A DNA stretch of 64,000 nucleotides. It comes from Tubulanus polymorphus. Taxonomy: Eukaryota > Animalia > Nemertea. The stretch spans positions 2,624,131-2,688,130 of the forward strand of contig NC_134033.1 of assembly GCF_964204645.1 (NCBI RefSeq), in the 5' to 3' direction. The position numbers and the translations under genes were made by a program. The first letter of the stretch is position 1. Each line of letters opens with the position of its first letter. Shown one piece after another: positions 49,977 to 63,381 of the stretch. The notes beneath the pieces are model-generated. The model was not told the DNA's origin. It made no database searches and saw nothing but the letters and a program-made list of their open reading frames with translations.

Positions 49977-51197
49977 ATGAGAAACTTTACGCTACCGACG
50001 CGGCCGCCACATCCGCCACGGCCACAATCGCCGCCGTTTATCAGGGCTTTCGTACATTTTCTCAACGAATACAATGTTGTATGGCGCGTTAAAATCGCTG
50101 AAGTATTATTAATATATCCACTGGGAAGCGTGTTTAACTTTCTGACGATCATTTTACTGATAGTGTGTCGCAGATTTCAGTCAGTTCGTTACACAATCCC
50201 CTATCTCATAACTCTCGCGTTTTCGGATCAACTTGTCGTATTGTTTGGTTTACGATCATTTGCTCACATCATCGTGTTAACCATAACAGATGGATTAGGA
50301 TATCATCCGGATTGTAAAAGTTGGACTCTATTTGGGCGTCAAAAGGGCGTCGCATCATGTCCATCGATTTACTATTATTGGCATTATTTCTATCGAGTAA
50401 TTGAACGGTATACTCCAGTTTGTTACATCGATAATTTGTTCAATAATCAAGCGATCACTGTGTCTAATTATATCATTGTTGTGATTTCTATCGAGAGATT
50501 TGTCTCCGTTCGTTTTCCTTTTTTTCACATGCAACATTTCACAGTAACTCGCCGCAGATTCGCCATCATAATTGTGATCGTTTTTGCGACCGTTTTGAAC
50601 TTGGATCTGCCGATACTATATCGGATTAGGTTAATAAAAAGGAATGATGGTGGCTTCTATGAGTTCTACTGTAGTTATAATGATCCTGACATTATTTTAA
50701 TGAAACAAACATACAGATCTGTCGCGGTATTTATTCGGGATATAGTCCCGGCTTTGATTGTAGTAATAACATCAGTGGCAACTGCTAGAATTCGCCGGGG
50801 AGGTAAAACACGTATTGGCGCCTCAGTCGGCAACAGTCGTCATAAAACTGAAACCAGTAAAACACTTCTACTAATAGTTCTTGTTTATCTGGTACTAGTA
50901 ATGCCATACGCTATATGTGACTGTACGGACAAGTTGGCCAGTTTGGTGTCCTTGTTAGTGCAGAGAATTAATGGCTCCAAAACCAATCGTAGAGAAACCC
51001 CCATCATTCGATTCTTTGTTAGGATGCTGTGGAATATATTAGCCCGGATATTAACGCTTCCTCGACAGTGCGTTTTCTGCGTGAATTTCTTTATATACGT
51101 AACAACGCTGAAAGTTTTCCGACACAAACTTGTCGGTGTTTTCCGCTGTAACTGTCGCCGAACGATTCCGAGTCAGTCCCATTTGTCAGTGGGATAA
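49977..51197 (+). CDS. Class A GPCR, 406 aa
   Basis: ATG assigned by homology (an in-frame upstream ATG exists at 49941); intact. Confidence 0.9.
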   Translation: MRNFTLPTRPPHPPRPQSPPFIRAFVHFLNEYNVVWRVKIAEVLLIYPLGSVFNFLTIILLIVCRRFQSVRYTIPYLITLAFSDQLVVLFGLRSFAHIIVLTITDGLGYHPDCKSWTLFGRQKGVASCPSIYYYWHYFYRVIERYTPVCYIDNLFNNQAITVSNYIIVVISIERFVSVRFPFFHMQHFTVTRRRFAIIIVIVFATVLNLDLPILYRIRLIKRNDGGFYEFYCSYNDPDIILMKQTYRSVAVFIRDIVPALIVVITSVATARIRRGGKTRIGASVGNSRHKTETSKTLLLIVLVYLVLVMPYAICDCTDKLASLVSLLVQRINGSKTNRRETPIIRFFVRMLWNILARILTLPRQCVFCVNFFIYVTTLKVFRHKLVGVFRCNCRRTIPSQSHLSVG

Positions 51198-53107
51198 GGC
51201 GAGATGCATTCACTATCAGTGTTGAGCGGTATCGGGTTCGAGTCCTGCTGCCTGCTTATAGCGTGTGCGGGCTTCGAGTCCTGCTGGCTGCTTATTGTGT
51301 GCGGGCAACACTTCGCAGACCTTGGTCCCGTCGGGTTATAATCCCGTGGGGTAAGCATTGGGAAAACTAATTCAGTGCTGAGTTACAAGCTGGTTCTAGT
51401 CCTGCTGGCTGTGTACAGTGTACGGGGCCTTAATCCCATCCTGAAGGTGAAACCATGATAAATGGATAACCCAACAGGGTTAGTATGTTGTGAAACCAAG
51501 ATCCAACTGACGTAAAGCAAGATAAACTCTCATTACAAATCAAACGTTATTAATATCACTAAAACTGTACCATTTAATCGATTCTCTTCACTTGATATCA
51601 ATGTTGTTGAAGCTTTAAACAAGAAAACTAACTAACTCAGTTTATTGAAGCCTTGAACGATAAAATACATTGCTTTATATTGTCGAAAATGAATAACTGA
51701 ACGTTTGTGTTAAAACAGGGGGATTAAACGAAAATGATACCAGGACTCAACTACATCGGCGGTGCATGTCGTATTCAGATTTCACACTGGTTGCATTTTG
51801 GTAGTAAATTTATATCGAATATTCAATTCAATGTTGTCCTTATTGCGATCGAAATTCATCTTAAAGAGAACATAAAAATTCATCAGAAAGACAATAAGAT
51901 TCGGGCCATATTAAAAAAGATACGACACTCGATATTCACTAATCTTTTTTTTACATTTTTACACTATTCGTTTTAACGCTGCGTTAAAACCAAACTTTCG
52001 GCGAGACCAACTCAAAAAAAAAAATCAAACCAAATCGACCAATCAAAAAAATTATAGGGTCAATCCGTAATTTCAGATAAAGAAAATTCTAACCTATCGT
52101 TTTTTACTGCGAATTAAGCAAATATGGTTTCAATAAAAAAAAACAGGTTAAACCCGAAAAGACCACGTTACAACGAACAACTGATCTTTCTTAAAATCTT
52201 AAAGCAGTCATTGACCCTGAAGTTCATTTAATAGGTAGATTTCGCTTAATTTGTTTCGATTTGATCAGTGTCCCTTACAGACCCATCCACCACACCTGCC
52301 GGGATCGAAACAAGGGGTTCGAATTAGCAATCGAAGTACAGATATAGTTGGCGATATATATCCGATCGGTTGTCGGATTTACAGAATTTTTTCGTTTAAA
52401 TCGAAGTACGTAATTGGAACTGGTTTACATGGCTCAAAACGAGAAAAATGTGGCGTTATGGCGGCTAGAAACTTTAAAACGGTTACTAAATCTTACATTC
52501 AACGAGCGCTCTTTCAGTTACTTGTTACTTACTTGGCCATATCTCTGTAAACTAGCTGTCAATAAATTTGTTGCGAAGTTAGACATTTTTGCGCGAAATG
52601 GATCCTCGGACACATTGGTGGTTCAAAGAGTTTTCGATTGCGACAACGAGAAACTAGGGTTTCGATTTTGAAAATCGATCGGAAACCGAAGCACGGATAG
52701 CTGGATGTTTTAGCATTGGTTCTGGATATTCAAAGTTATGCCGCGGCTTTAGTAGTGAATACATATAGTTTGAGTTCATCTCATATTGTCGCATCAAACC
52801 ACGAAATAGAATATGCATACATGTTACATGTATATACATATTTCTGCGCGTGATTTCAAAAATAATACACGACGAGAAATATGTTCACAGTTCGTCTGTA
52901 ATTTTCATGTTGCTGCATAAAGCCGACAGATTCGTAGCGCGTTCAGCAACCATGTACGGAAAAAACCGGGAGTGTCAATCTAAAGAGCTTACCGGAGGAG
53001 AGAGTGAGGAGAGATATCGTAAACTCGATGTTACATAGAACTGAATCAGTTTGTGCGAAGGGGAAAACTTCAAGTTATTTCTCAAACGCTCGTGAGATTA
53101 ATTTACG

Positions 53108-54260
53108 ATGAGAAATCTAACCCTAACACCGCTACCCCCACCACGTCCGCTTCCACCGCCACAGTTTATCCGGGCGTTCGCGCAATTCCTCCGTGATTAC
53201 GATGTTTATAGACGCATGGATTTCGCTGAAGTATTGTTCCTGTATCCGCTGGGAAGCGTGTTCAACTTTCTGACAATCATTTTACTGATAAAGTGTCGCA
53301 GATTTCAGTCGGTTCGCTACACGTTTCCCTATCTCATAACTATAGCGTTTACGGATCAACTTGTCGTGTTGTTTGGTTTAAGAACATTCGCTGACACCAT
53401 TATGATAATTGTTATCGACGAATTAGGATATTATCCGGAATGTAAGAGTTGGATGGTGTTTGAAAGTAAAGAGGCAAGTGCATTATGTCCTTCGATTTAC
53501 TATTACTGGTACTATTTCTATAGTGTAATAGAACGGAATATTCCGATATGTTTCATCGAGAATTTGTTCAATAATCAAGCGATCACTGTGTCTAATAATA
53601 TCATCGTTGTGATTTCTATCGAGAGATTTGTCTCCGTTCGTTTTCCTTTTTTTCACATGCAACATTTTACCGTTACTCGACGTAGATTCGCCGTAATAAT
53701 TGTAGTCGTGTTTGCTACTATTTTACACATAGATTTACCGATATCACCGATACAATGTCATTGTTAAAACATACAGATCTGTTGCGGTATTTATTCGGGA
53801 TATAGTCCCGGCTTTGATTGTAGTAATAACATCAGTGGCAACTGCTAGAATTCGCCGGGGAGGTAAAACACGTATTGACGCCTCAGTCGGCAACAGTTGT
53901 CATAAAACTGAAACCAGTAAAACACTTCTACTAATTGTTCTTGTTTATCTGGTACTAGTAATACCATACGCTATATGTGACTGTACGAACAAGTTAAGTA
54001 ATTTGGTGAACTCGTTAGTGCATAGAATTAATGGCTTCAGAATCACTGAACAACGAACCCCCACCATTCACTTTTATACAGTAATGCTGTGGCCATTCTT
54101 TACGCAGATATTAACGATTCCTCGACAGTGCGTTTTCTGTGTGAATTTCTTTATATACGTAACAACGCTGAAAGTTTTCCGACACAAACTTGTCAGTTTT
54201 TTCCGCTGTAACTGTCGCCGAACGATTCTGAGTCAGTCCCGCGGTAGCTCAGTGGGATAA
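53108..54260 (+). pseudogene. GPCR pseudogene, duplicate of 2204..3356
   Basis: Same ECL2 deletion. Confidence 0.9.
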
Positions 54261-55560
54261 GGCGACGATTCCCTTAAAAAGTCCTAAGCTTTGTTCGTAT
54301 ATGGACGATTCCACACTCTGTAGGAAGGTCGAAACATTGTCTCTGTTTCGTTACAAGTTAGAAGAAAGATTTCCATTTAAAAAGCGAGCGTGAAGTAAAA
54401 AATGCAGTGAAAACAACATTTGCATTTCAAAAATGGTTGCGCTTTAAAACAAACAGAAATCCTACTTACCAAACAATGATTATTGCCAACGACCTTCAGA
54501 CTTCTGTGCGCACTTCCTTTTATGGTTTCCGGATTCAGTTGATGAGATAATCCCGAGTCTAATTTCCTCAAGTTATGGATGGAAAACGTTAGCGAACTTT
54601 AGAAATGTATATTCCGATAAGGTAAATCGCTTGTCGTGTGGACTGAACACCGCGAGAACAACATTGAATAAAACCGCGTCAAAATAACTATATTCGAAGT
54701 TGAGAACACTGAAATTGTACGCGTGATTCAAGAAGTCGTCAGTTGTTTTCAATCGCTCTCATGTCGCGTAGTTGCAAATTAGCGAAATGAATTTCATCTC
54801 CCTGAAAACTAGACATTAACGCGATTTTGAATGTGACCAGTTTGAAAATAGTTTTAAAAATCGATCTCGGGACCTATGAAATATAAAGAAACACGTGGTA
54901 CAAATATTTTCTCAAAAGAAACGGCACAACAAACAGGGTCTTGTTCGACAGTCATGAGTTAGAGTTAACTCTGAGTTAAAATCAGTTCATTTCCAATGAG
55001 TTAACTCTGAGTCAGGTACTGAATCCAGGACAAAAGTACCCTAACAAAATGGCGGCTAGTAATTGGTTACTAAAACTTATATCCAATGCGCGCTCATTCA
55101 AATACTTATTCCTTACTTGGCCATCTCTATCTAAACTGTCTATACATTTGTTGCGAGGTTCCAGTTTATCGCAAAACGTCATAAACGTTCTAGGAAGGAC
55201 AGTGTTCTGTGTCGTGGTTCGTGTAGTTGAATGCAGCGGTGAAAGATATATGAGGGACTGGTACAAAGTGACCGGTCACCTGTTTATTGTAATGCGACAA
55301 ACACGACCGAGCATCTGGCGAAACCCAGTGTGGCGAAAACGCGGCCGATTTCAAAAATTGCGAAAACATCTCTTAAATTGTCAAGTCAGATTGTCGAATC
55401 TAATAAGCAAAGTTCTACAAGATAGGCTCAATGTTTCTGGTATATTGATTATAAATCAATTTTCAACCACGTGTGACCGTTATAACCACAGTTGGGGTAA
55501 TATCAATCACGACAGATCATCCAGATGTGACACGATGCCCCGAAGCAAACTTGACGACAA

Positions 55561-55633
55561 GCCTCCATAGCTCAGGGGTTAGAGCACTGGTCTTGTAAAC
55601 CAGGGGTCGAGAGTTCAAATCTCTCTGGGGGCA
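55561..55633 (+). tRNA. trnT-UGU: tRNA-Thr(TGT), duplicate of 4657..4729
   Basis: Same cloverleaf sequence. Confidence 0.95.
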
Positions 55634-56222
55634 TGGCAGCAAATTTTTTCGCGAAATGATGGATCCTCGGACACTGGTGATTCAATGAAATGTAGGGGTT
55701 TGATTTGAAAAGTCGATCGGAAATCGAAGCACGGACAGTTGGATGGATTGGTTCTGGAAATTCTGGAAGTTATGCTGTAGCTTTAGTGGTGAATATATAT
55801 CTACAACAACATAGTTAAATTCCTCTCATATTGACGCATCAAACCACCAAATAGAACATGTTATATGTATATACATATTTATGCGTGTGATTTCAAAAAT
55901 AATACACGACGAGAAATATGTTCACAGTTCGTCTGTAATTTGCATGTTGCTGCATAAAGCCGACAGATTCGAAGCACGTTCAACAACCATGTATGGAAAA
56001 AGATAGTGAGTGTCAATTTAGAGAGCTTACCGGCAGTCTGACGTAAGGGAGTGAGAGAGGGAGGAGAGAGGGAGTAGAGAGTTGGAGAGAGAGAGGGAGG
56101 AGAGAGAGATGGCAGAGTGAGGGAGAGATATCGTAAACTCGATGTTACGTAGAACTGAATCAGTTGACGCGAAGGAGGAAAACTTCAGGTTATTTCTCAA
56201 ACGCTCGTGAGATTTATATACG

Positions 56223-57467
56223 ATGAGAAATTTTACGCTGTCGCCGCTACCGCAGCTACTACCGACACGGCAGCTACTACCGACACGACAGCTACTACCG
56301 ACACGGCCGCCACCTTCGCGGCCAATGCCGCAGTTTATCAGGGCTTTCAATAAATTCCTCTACGAAAACAATGTTTTTATGCGCGTTGATATCGCTGAAG
56401 TATTGTTCCTGTATCCGCTGGGAAGCGCGTTCAACTTTCTGACGATCATTTTACTGATGAAGTGTCGCAGATTTCAGTCGGTTCGTTACACGTTCCCCTA
56501 TCTCATAACACTAGCGTTTTCGGATCAACTTGTCGTATTGTTTGGTTTAAGGAAATTCGCGAACACCATTGTGTCAATCCTAACCCGTGGATTAGGATAC
56601 TATCCGGAATGTAAAAGTTGGACACTACTTGGGCGTCAAAAGGGCATCGCATCATGTCCATCGATTTATTATTATTGGCATTATTTCTATCGTGTAATTG
56701 AACGGTATACTCCGGTTTGTTACATCGATAATTTGTTCAATAATCAAGCGATCACTGTGTCTAATTATATCATCGTTGTGATTTCTATCGAGAGATTTGT
56801 TTCCGTTCGTTTTCCTTTTCTTCACATGCAACATTTCACAGAAACTCGACGTAGATTCGCCATAATAATTGTAGTCGTTTTTGCCTTCATTTTAAACTTG
56901 GATTTACCGATATTTAATCGAATTAGGTTATCAAAGATTGGCTTATACTTATGTAGTTATAATAATCCCGACAACACTCTCATGGTTCAAACATACAGAT
57001 CTGTTGCGGTATTTATTCGGGATATAGTCCCGGCTTTAATTGTATTAACAACATCAGTGGCAACTGCTAGAATTCGCCGTGGAGGTAAAACACGTATTGG
57101 CGCCTCAGTCGGCAACAGTCGTCATAAAACTGAAACCAGTAAAACACTTCTACTAATAGTTCTTGTTTATCTGTTACTAGTAATGCCATACGCTACATGT
57201 GACTGTACGGACAAGTTGAGCAGTTTGGTGCCCTTGTTGGTGCGTCGAATAAATGGCTTCAAAATCACTTTTAGAACAACCCCCATCATTTTCTTCTTTG
57301 TTAGGAAACTGTGGAATATATTAGCCCGGATATTAACGCTTCCTCGACAGTGCGTTTTCTGCGTGAATTTCTTTATATACGTAACAACGCTGAAAGTTTT
57401 CCGACACAAACTTGTCGGTGTTTTCCGCTGTAACTGTCGCCGAACGGTTCAGAGTCAGTCCCTGTAG
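56223..57467 (+). CDS. Class A GPCR, duplicate of 5319..6563
   Basis: Identical translation. Confidence 0.9.
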   Translation: MRNFTLSPLPQLLPTRQLLPTRQLLPTRPPPSRPMPQFIRAFNKFLYENNVFMRVDIAEVLFLYPLGSAFNFLTIILLMKCRRFQSVRYTFPYLITLAFSDQLVVLFGLRKFANTIVSILTRGLGYYPECKSWTLLGRQKGIASCPSIYYYWHYFYRVIERYTPVCYIDNLFNNQAITVSNYIIVVISIERFVSVRFPFLHMQHFTETRRRFAIIIVVVFAFILNLDLPIFNRIRLSKIGLYLCSYNNPDNTLMVQTYRSVAVFIRDIVPALIVLTTSVATARIRRGGKTRIGASVGNSRHKTETSKTLLLIVLVYLLLVMPYATCDCTDKLSSLVPLLVRRINGFKITFRTTPIIFFFVRKLWNILARILTLPRQCVFCVNFFIYVTTLKVFRHKLVGVFRCNCRRTVQSQSL

Positions 57468-57468
57468 T

Positions 57469-59770
57469 TTGATTTGTTTGATTTGAACACTTTATTTTTC
57501 AAATATAATTTACAGCATAGTGTACAAAGCATAATACAAAATACAGTAAATTAGACCTGGAGGGGCCTGTAGAAACTAAGGAATAGTTTGTATAAAACAG
57601 GTCCCTCAAAAGAGAAAAGAAAAAAAGAGAAATGCAATAAAGAAAATAATATGCTCACAGTCAACCCTTAACACACAAAATGCAATCAAAGTAAACTATG
57701 ATAACAGCTCGATTAAGATATAATCATTTAATAAGCCAGTTATTTTCTGAAATATTCCAAAAACAATAATTTTAGTTCGAATAACTGTATGATAAAATCA
57801 AGCACAAAGTTGCTTTCTATAATTTCTTAGGAACAGTTTAGAATTTCCATGTTTTTTAGATTTTCACTGATGTTATTCCAAAGTAAAGGGCCGGATACTT
57901 TTACTGAAAATTTTCTTCTTAGACTATTGAAAGAAAGTGTTTGTAAATCTTGACGTCGCCGAGTATCGTGACTGTGGATTTGAAAATTTTGGTTCCAATA
58001 ATTTTCGAATGATTTCGGTAATTCGGAGTGGACAGATCTGTAGATAAAAGTACCTAGCTGAAGTTTATTGATATCTTTGAGCTTGAGGATATTAAAAGCT
58101 TTGAATATAGGGTCAGTGTGCGCCAAATAATAGGAATTAGAAATTAGCCTGATAGCTCTTTTTTGCAATACAATTAATGGCTGAAGTTTATTTTCAAAAT
58201 TTCGTCCCCAAACTAAGTTACAATACTGGAGGTAAGGATCAATAAGCGACAAATAAAGGGTACGAAGAGAACTCACTGGCAGCTTATGTCTTACTCTATT
58301 TATTATACCAATGCTTCGAGAAACTTTTTTTTCAACTGATTTTATGTGATCGTCCCAGGTTAAATTTCTGTCAATAAAAACTCCAAGAAAATTTGTGACA
58401 TTGACTTGTTTGATCTCTATATTGTTAATTGATATTCTCAAGTTATGTTTCAATAGTTTACCGAACACCATAAATGACGTCTTCTTTACATTTAATGACA
58501 GCTTGTTTGTTTGAAACCAGGTATACAATTTTGATAATTCAATGTTTACTGTACGTACTAATCTGTCTAAATTAATGTCACTATAAAAGGCATTTGTGTC
58601 ATCGGCAAACAATATAAGTTTTAACACATTAGAAAATTTAATACAGTCGTTTACATATAATAAAAAAAGCAAGGGACCTAAAATTGAGCCTTGGGGTACT
58701 CCAGTTTTAACGGTACATAACGAGGATTTATAATTTTGAATTTGAACAAATTGTTTTCTATTCTTCAAATAGTTTTCAAACCAGTTGTTAGAGATGCCTC
58801 TTATTCCATAAAAACATAATTTTCTTAATAAGATTTCGTGATCAACGGTGTCAAAGGCTTTTGATAAATCTAAGAATACCCCAATAGTTGATTTGTTTTC
58901 TTCTAAATTTTGTGAAATTTCATCAGTTATCATTGTTAAGGCCATGGCAGTTGAATGGTTCTTTCGAAAGCCGAACTGGTTTGGTTGAATGATATGAAAC
59001 TTGTTACAATATTCGGTTAATCGATTATACACTATCTTTTCGAGAATTTTAGAAAAGCAAGGCAGTACGGATATCGGTCTGTAATTATCAAAAGAGTCAT
59101 TATTGCCAGCTTTATAGAGTGGACGTATTCGCGCTACCTTCAGTTCAGCCGGCACTATACCGGAATTTAAGCTACAGTTAAATATATGAGTTAGCGGGTA
59201 TTTTACAGAATCAATTATTTTCTTAACTACTTTTACAGAGAAACCATCAGCACCAGCGCCTTTGCTGGGTGAGAAATCATTTACAATCTGACTGATTTCA
59301 TCAGGGTGGGTCGGGAAAAAGAAAAAGTTTTCATTTACTGGATCTGTCAGATATTCACTGAAGTTGACACCTGTATCTGGTATTTGATTGGCTAGGTTGC
59401 TACCAATATTTACAAAGAAAGAATTAAATTCATTAGCGATATTTTCATAGCCGTTTACAACGATACCGTTTCTTTTGAAAGAGCAAGGTAATCTACACCG
59501 ATCATTGGAAGATTTTCCAATTAGACTGTTTAAGATATTCCATGATTTTTTCATGTCGGATTTGGCTGCAAGTAATTTAGTCTCATAATACTTTTTCTCG
59601 GCATATTTGAGTGTACGAGACAAGGTTCGTTTGTAATTCAAATAATTTTTCAAATGTGATCTATTACGCAAAGATTTTCTGTACAAGCGATTTTTGTGTT
59701 TAATACATTTCAATAATCCAGATGATAACCACGGTTTATGTAATTTATTTTCGTTTATTTTACGGGGAGT
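57469..59770 (-). mobile_element. 5'-truncated L2/Crack-like LINE, duplicate of 6565..8866
   Basis: Same junctions. Confidence 0.92.
57827..59770 (-). CDS. LINE reverse transcriptase (partial ORF2), duplicate
   Basis: Identical translation to the 6923 ORF. Confidence 0.92.
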   Translation of the reverse strand, partial: TPRKINENKLHKPWLSSGLLKCIKHKNRLYRKSLRNRSHLKNYLNYKRTLSRTLKYAEKKYYETKLLAAKSDMKKSWNILNSLIGKSSNDRCRLPCSFKRNGIVVNGYENIANEFNSFFVNIGSNLANQIPDTGVNFSEYLTDPVNENFFFFPTHPDEISQIVNDFSPSKGAGADGFSVKVVKKIIDSVKYPLTHIFNCSLNSGIVPAELKVARIRPLYKAGNNDSFDNYRPISVLPCFSKILEKIVYNRLTEYCNKFHIIQPNQFGFRKNHSTAMALTMITDEISQNLEENKSTIGVFLDLSKAFDTVDHEILLRKLCFYGIRGISNNWFENYLKNRKQFVQIQNYKSSLCTVKTGVPQGSILGPLLFLLYVNDCIKFSNVLKLILFADDTNAFYSDINLDRLVRTVNIELSKLYTWFQTNKLSLNVKKTSFMVFGKLLKHNLRISINNIEIKQVNVTNFLGVFIDRNLTWDDHIKSVEKKVSRSIGIINRVRHKLPVSSLRTLYLSLIDPYLQYCNLVWGRNFENKLQPLIVLQKRAIRLISNSYYLAHTDPIFKAFNILKLKDINKLQLGTFIYRSVHSELPKSFENYWNQNFQIHSHDTRRRQDLQTLSFNSLRRKFSVKVSGPLLWNNISENLKNMEILNCS

Positions 59771-60895
59771 TAGTCAGTGGGATAAGGCGAGATGCATTCA
59801 CTATCAGTGTTGAGCGGTATCGGGTTCGAGTCCTGCTGCCTGCAGCGTGTGCGGGCTTCGAGTCCTGCTGGCTGCTTATAGAGTGTGCGGGCAACACTTC
59901 GCGGACCTTGGTCCCGTCGGGATAGAATCTCGGGGGGGGGGGGCAGTCTTGGGAAAACCAATCCGGTGTAGAATCACAAATCCAGCTTCCCATCCTAATG
60001 TAAACGATGGTAATAATTAACCCAACAGGGTTAGTGTGGTGAAATTAAGATCCAACTGACGTAAAGCGCTGAGTTACAAGCAGGTTCTAGTCCTGCTGGC
60101 TGTGTACAGTGTACGGGGCCTTAATCCCATCCTGAAGGTAAAACCATGATAAATGAACCCAACAGGGTTAGTATGTGGTGAAACCAAGATCCAACTCTAA
60201 AGCAAGACAAACACTAATTTGAAATAAAACGTTATTAATATCACTAAAACTGTACCATTTAATCAATTCTCTTCACTTGATATTAATGTTGTTGAAGCTT
60301 TAAACAAGAAAACTAACTAACTCAGTTTATTGAAGCCTTGAACGATAAAATGCATTGCTTTATATTGTCGATAATGAATTACTGAGCGTTTTTGTTAAAA
60401 CAGGGCGGATTTGACGAAAATATGGTCAATATACCAGGTCTAAACCGCATCTGCGGTGCATATCGCATTCAGATTTCAATGGTCACATTTAGGTAGTGAA
60501 TTTATATCGACAATTCAATGTTGTCCTAATTGCGATCGAAATTCATTTTAAAGAAGACATAAAAATTCATCAGATAGAAAATAATATTCGGGCCACATTC
60601 AACAAGATACGACGCTCGATAATCACTAATCATTTTTTTTTAACATTTTTACACTATTCGTTTTAACGCCACGTTACAACCAACCTTTCGGGGAGACCAA
60701 CTCAAAAAATCAAACGAAATCATCGACCAATCAAATAAATTATAGGGTCAATCCGTATTTTAATATATAGAAAGAATTAGCCTTTCGTTTTTACTGCGAA
60801 TCAGCAAATATGGTTTCAACAAAAAAAAACAGGTTAAACCCGAAAAGACCACGTTACAACGAACAACTGATCTTTCTTAAAATTTTTAAGTAGTG

Positions 60896-61428
60896 ACCAC
60901 GAGTTCTACTGTAGTCATTACAGTAATATTGACAACACTGTCATGGTTCAAACATACAGATCTGTTGCGGTATTTATTCGGGTTATAGTCCCGGCTTTGA
61001 TTGTAGTAACAACATCAGTGGCAACTGCTAGAATTCGCCGGGGAGGTAAAACACGTATTGGCGCCTCAGTCGGCAACAGTCGTCATAAAACTGAAACCAG
61101 TAAAACACTCCTACTAATACTTCTTGTTTATCTGGTACTAGTTCTACCATACGCTATATGTGACTGTACGGACAAGTTGGCCAGTTTGGTGTCCTCGTTA
61201 GTGCAGAGAATTAATGGCTTCAAAATCACTTTTAGAACAATCCCCATCATTTTCTTCTTTGTTAGGATGCTGTGGAATATATTAGCCCGGATATTAACGC
61301 TTCCTCGACAGTGCGTTTTCTGCGTGAATTTCTTTATATACGTAACAACACTGAGAGTTTTCCGACACAAACTTGTCGGTGTTTTCCGCTGTAACTGTCG
61401 CCGAACGGTTCCGAGTCAGTCCCAGTAG
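60896..61428 (+). pseudogene. 5'-truncated GPCR, duplicate of 9992..10524
   Basis: Same junction. Confidence 0.9.
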
Positions 61429-62940
61429 TCAGTGGGATAAGGCGAGATGCATTCACTATCAGTGTTGAGCGGTATCGGGTTCGATTTCTGCTGCCTGCAT
61501 ATAGTGTGTGCGGGCTTCGAGTCCTGCTGGCTGCTTATAGAGTGTGCGGGCAACACTTTGCAGACCTTGGTCCCGTCGGGATAGAATCCCGCGGGGTTAG
61601 CCTTGGGAAAACCAGTTCAGCGCTAAGTTACAAGCTGGTTCTGCTGAGTCCTGCTGGCTGTGTACAGTGTACGGGGCCTTAATCCCATCCTGAAGGTGAA
61701 ACCATGATAAATGGATAACCCAACAGGGTTAGTATGTGGTGAAACCAAGATCCAACTCTAAAGCAAGATAAACTCTCATTACAAATAAACGATATTAATA
61801 TCGCTAAAACTGTACCATTTAATCAATTCTCTTCACTTGATAATAATGTTGTTGAAGCTTTAAACAAGAAAACTAACTAACTCAGTTTATTGAAGCCTTG
61901 AACGATAAAATGCATTGTTTTATATTGTCGAAAATGAATAACTGAACGTTTGTGTTAAAACAGGGGGATTAAACGAATATGATACCAGGACTCAACCGCA
62001 TCGGCGGTGCATTTCGTATTCAGATTTCACTGATCACATTTAGGTAGTAAATTTATATCGAATATTCAATTCAATGTTGTCCTAATTGCGATCGAAATTC
62101 ATCTTAAAGAGAACATAAAAATTCATCAGAAAGACAATAAGATTCGGGCCATATTAAAAAAGATACGACACTCGATATTCACTAATCTTTTTTATACATT
62201 TTTACACTATTCGTTTTAACGCCACGTTAAAACCACCAACCTTTCGAGGAGACCAACTCAAACAAAAACAAACAAACGAAATCGACCAATCAAATAAGTT
62301 ATAGGGTCAATCCGTATTTTCAGATAAAGAAAATTCTAACCTATCGTTTTTTACTGCGAATTAAGAAAATATCGTTTCAATAAAAAAAACCAGGTTAAAC
62401 CCGAAAAGACCACGTTACAACGAACAACTGATCTTTCTTAAGATCTTAAAGCAGTGATTGACCCTGGAGTTCATTTAATAGGTAGATTTCACTTGATTTG
62501 TTTCGATTTGATCAGTGTCCCTTACAGACCCATCCACGACACCTGCCAGGAACGAAACAGGGGGTTCGAATTAGAAATCAGCAAAGCAATCGAAGTACAG
62601 ATATAGTTGGCGATATATATCCGATCGGTTGTCCAATTTACAGATTTTCTTTGTTTAAATCGAAGTACGTAATTGGAACTGGTTTAAACATGGCTCAAAA
62701 CGACAAAAATGTGGCGTTATGGCGGCTAGAAACTTTAAAACGGTTACTAAATCTTACATTCAACGAGCGCTCTTTCAGTTACTTTTTACTTACTTGGCCA
62801 TATCTCTGTAAACTAGCCGCCAATAGATTTGTTGCGAAGTTAGACATTTTTCGCGAAATGGATCCTCGGACACATTGGTGGTTCAAAGAGTTTTCGATTG
62901 CGGGAACAAAAACTAGGGTTTCGTTCTGGACGTATTGGCC

Positions 62941-63381
62941 CGAATACGAATACGAATACGAATACGAATATTCATTACACTCCAACCATTCCCATGGTAA
63001 ATGGAGGAAAAAACAGTATTTACAATTATTTACAAAAACAGTAGATAAAAGCACTTTGAAACATAACAAACGTTATTTACAACACACTATTTACACACAC
63101 TACCGGAGGGATCTATATACAACCAGACCTAATTTGATAAATTTAGCAAGTTTAAAAGTTGGATTTTTTAAAACATCAAGATTCCGAAAGGTATTTGAAT
63201 TTAGGTAGCTTTCACGGAATACGGTAAGTAATTTACAGTCAAAAATGAAATGTAGTTCGTCGCCTAAAACGTTACAGGTGGGACATAATCTATCGGGTCT
63301 CGGTAGATGGAGATTTGACAATTTATTTACAGGTATGAGATAAGACCCAATCCTGAACTGGAATAAACTGGTCACTAAGTC
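62941..63381 (-). mobile_element. LINE 3' fragment, duplicate of 12037..12477
   Basis: CCHC motif and (TATTCG)n tail. Confidence 0.8.
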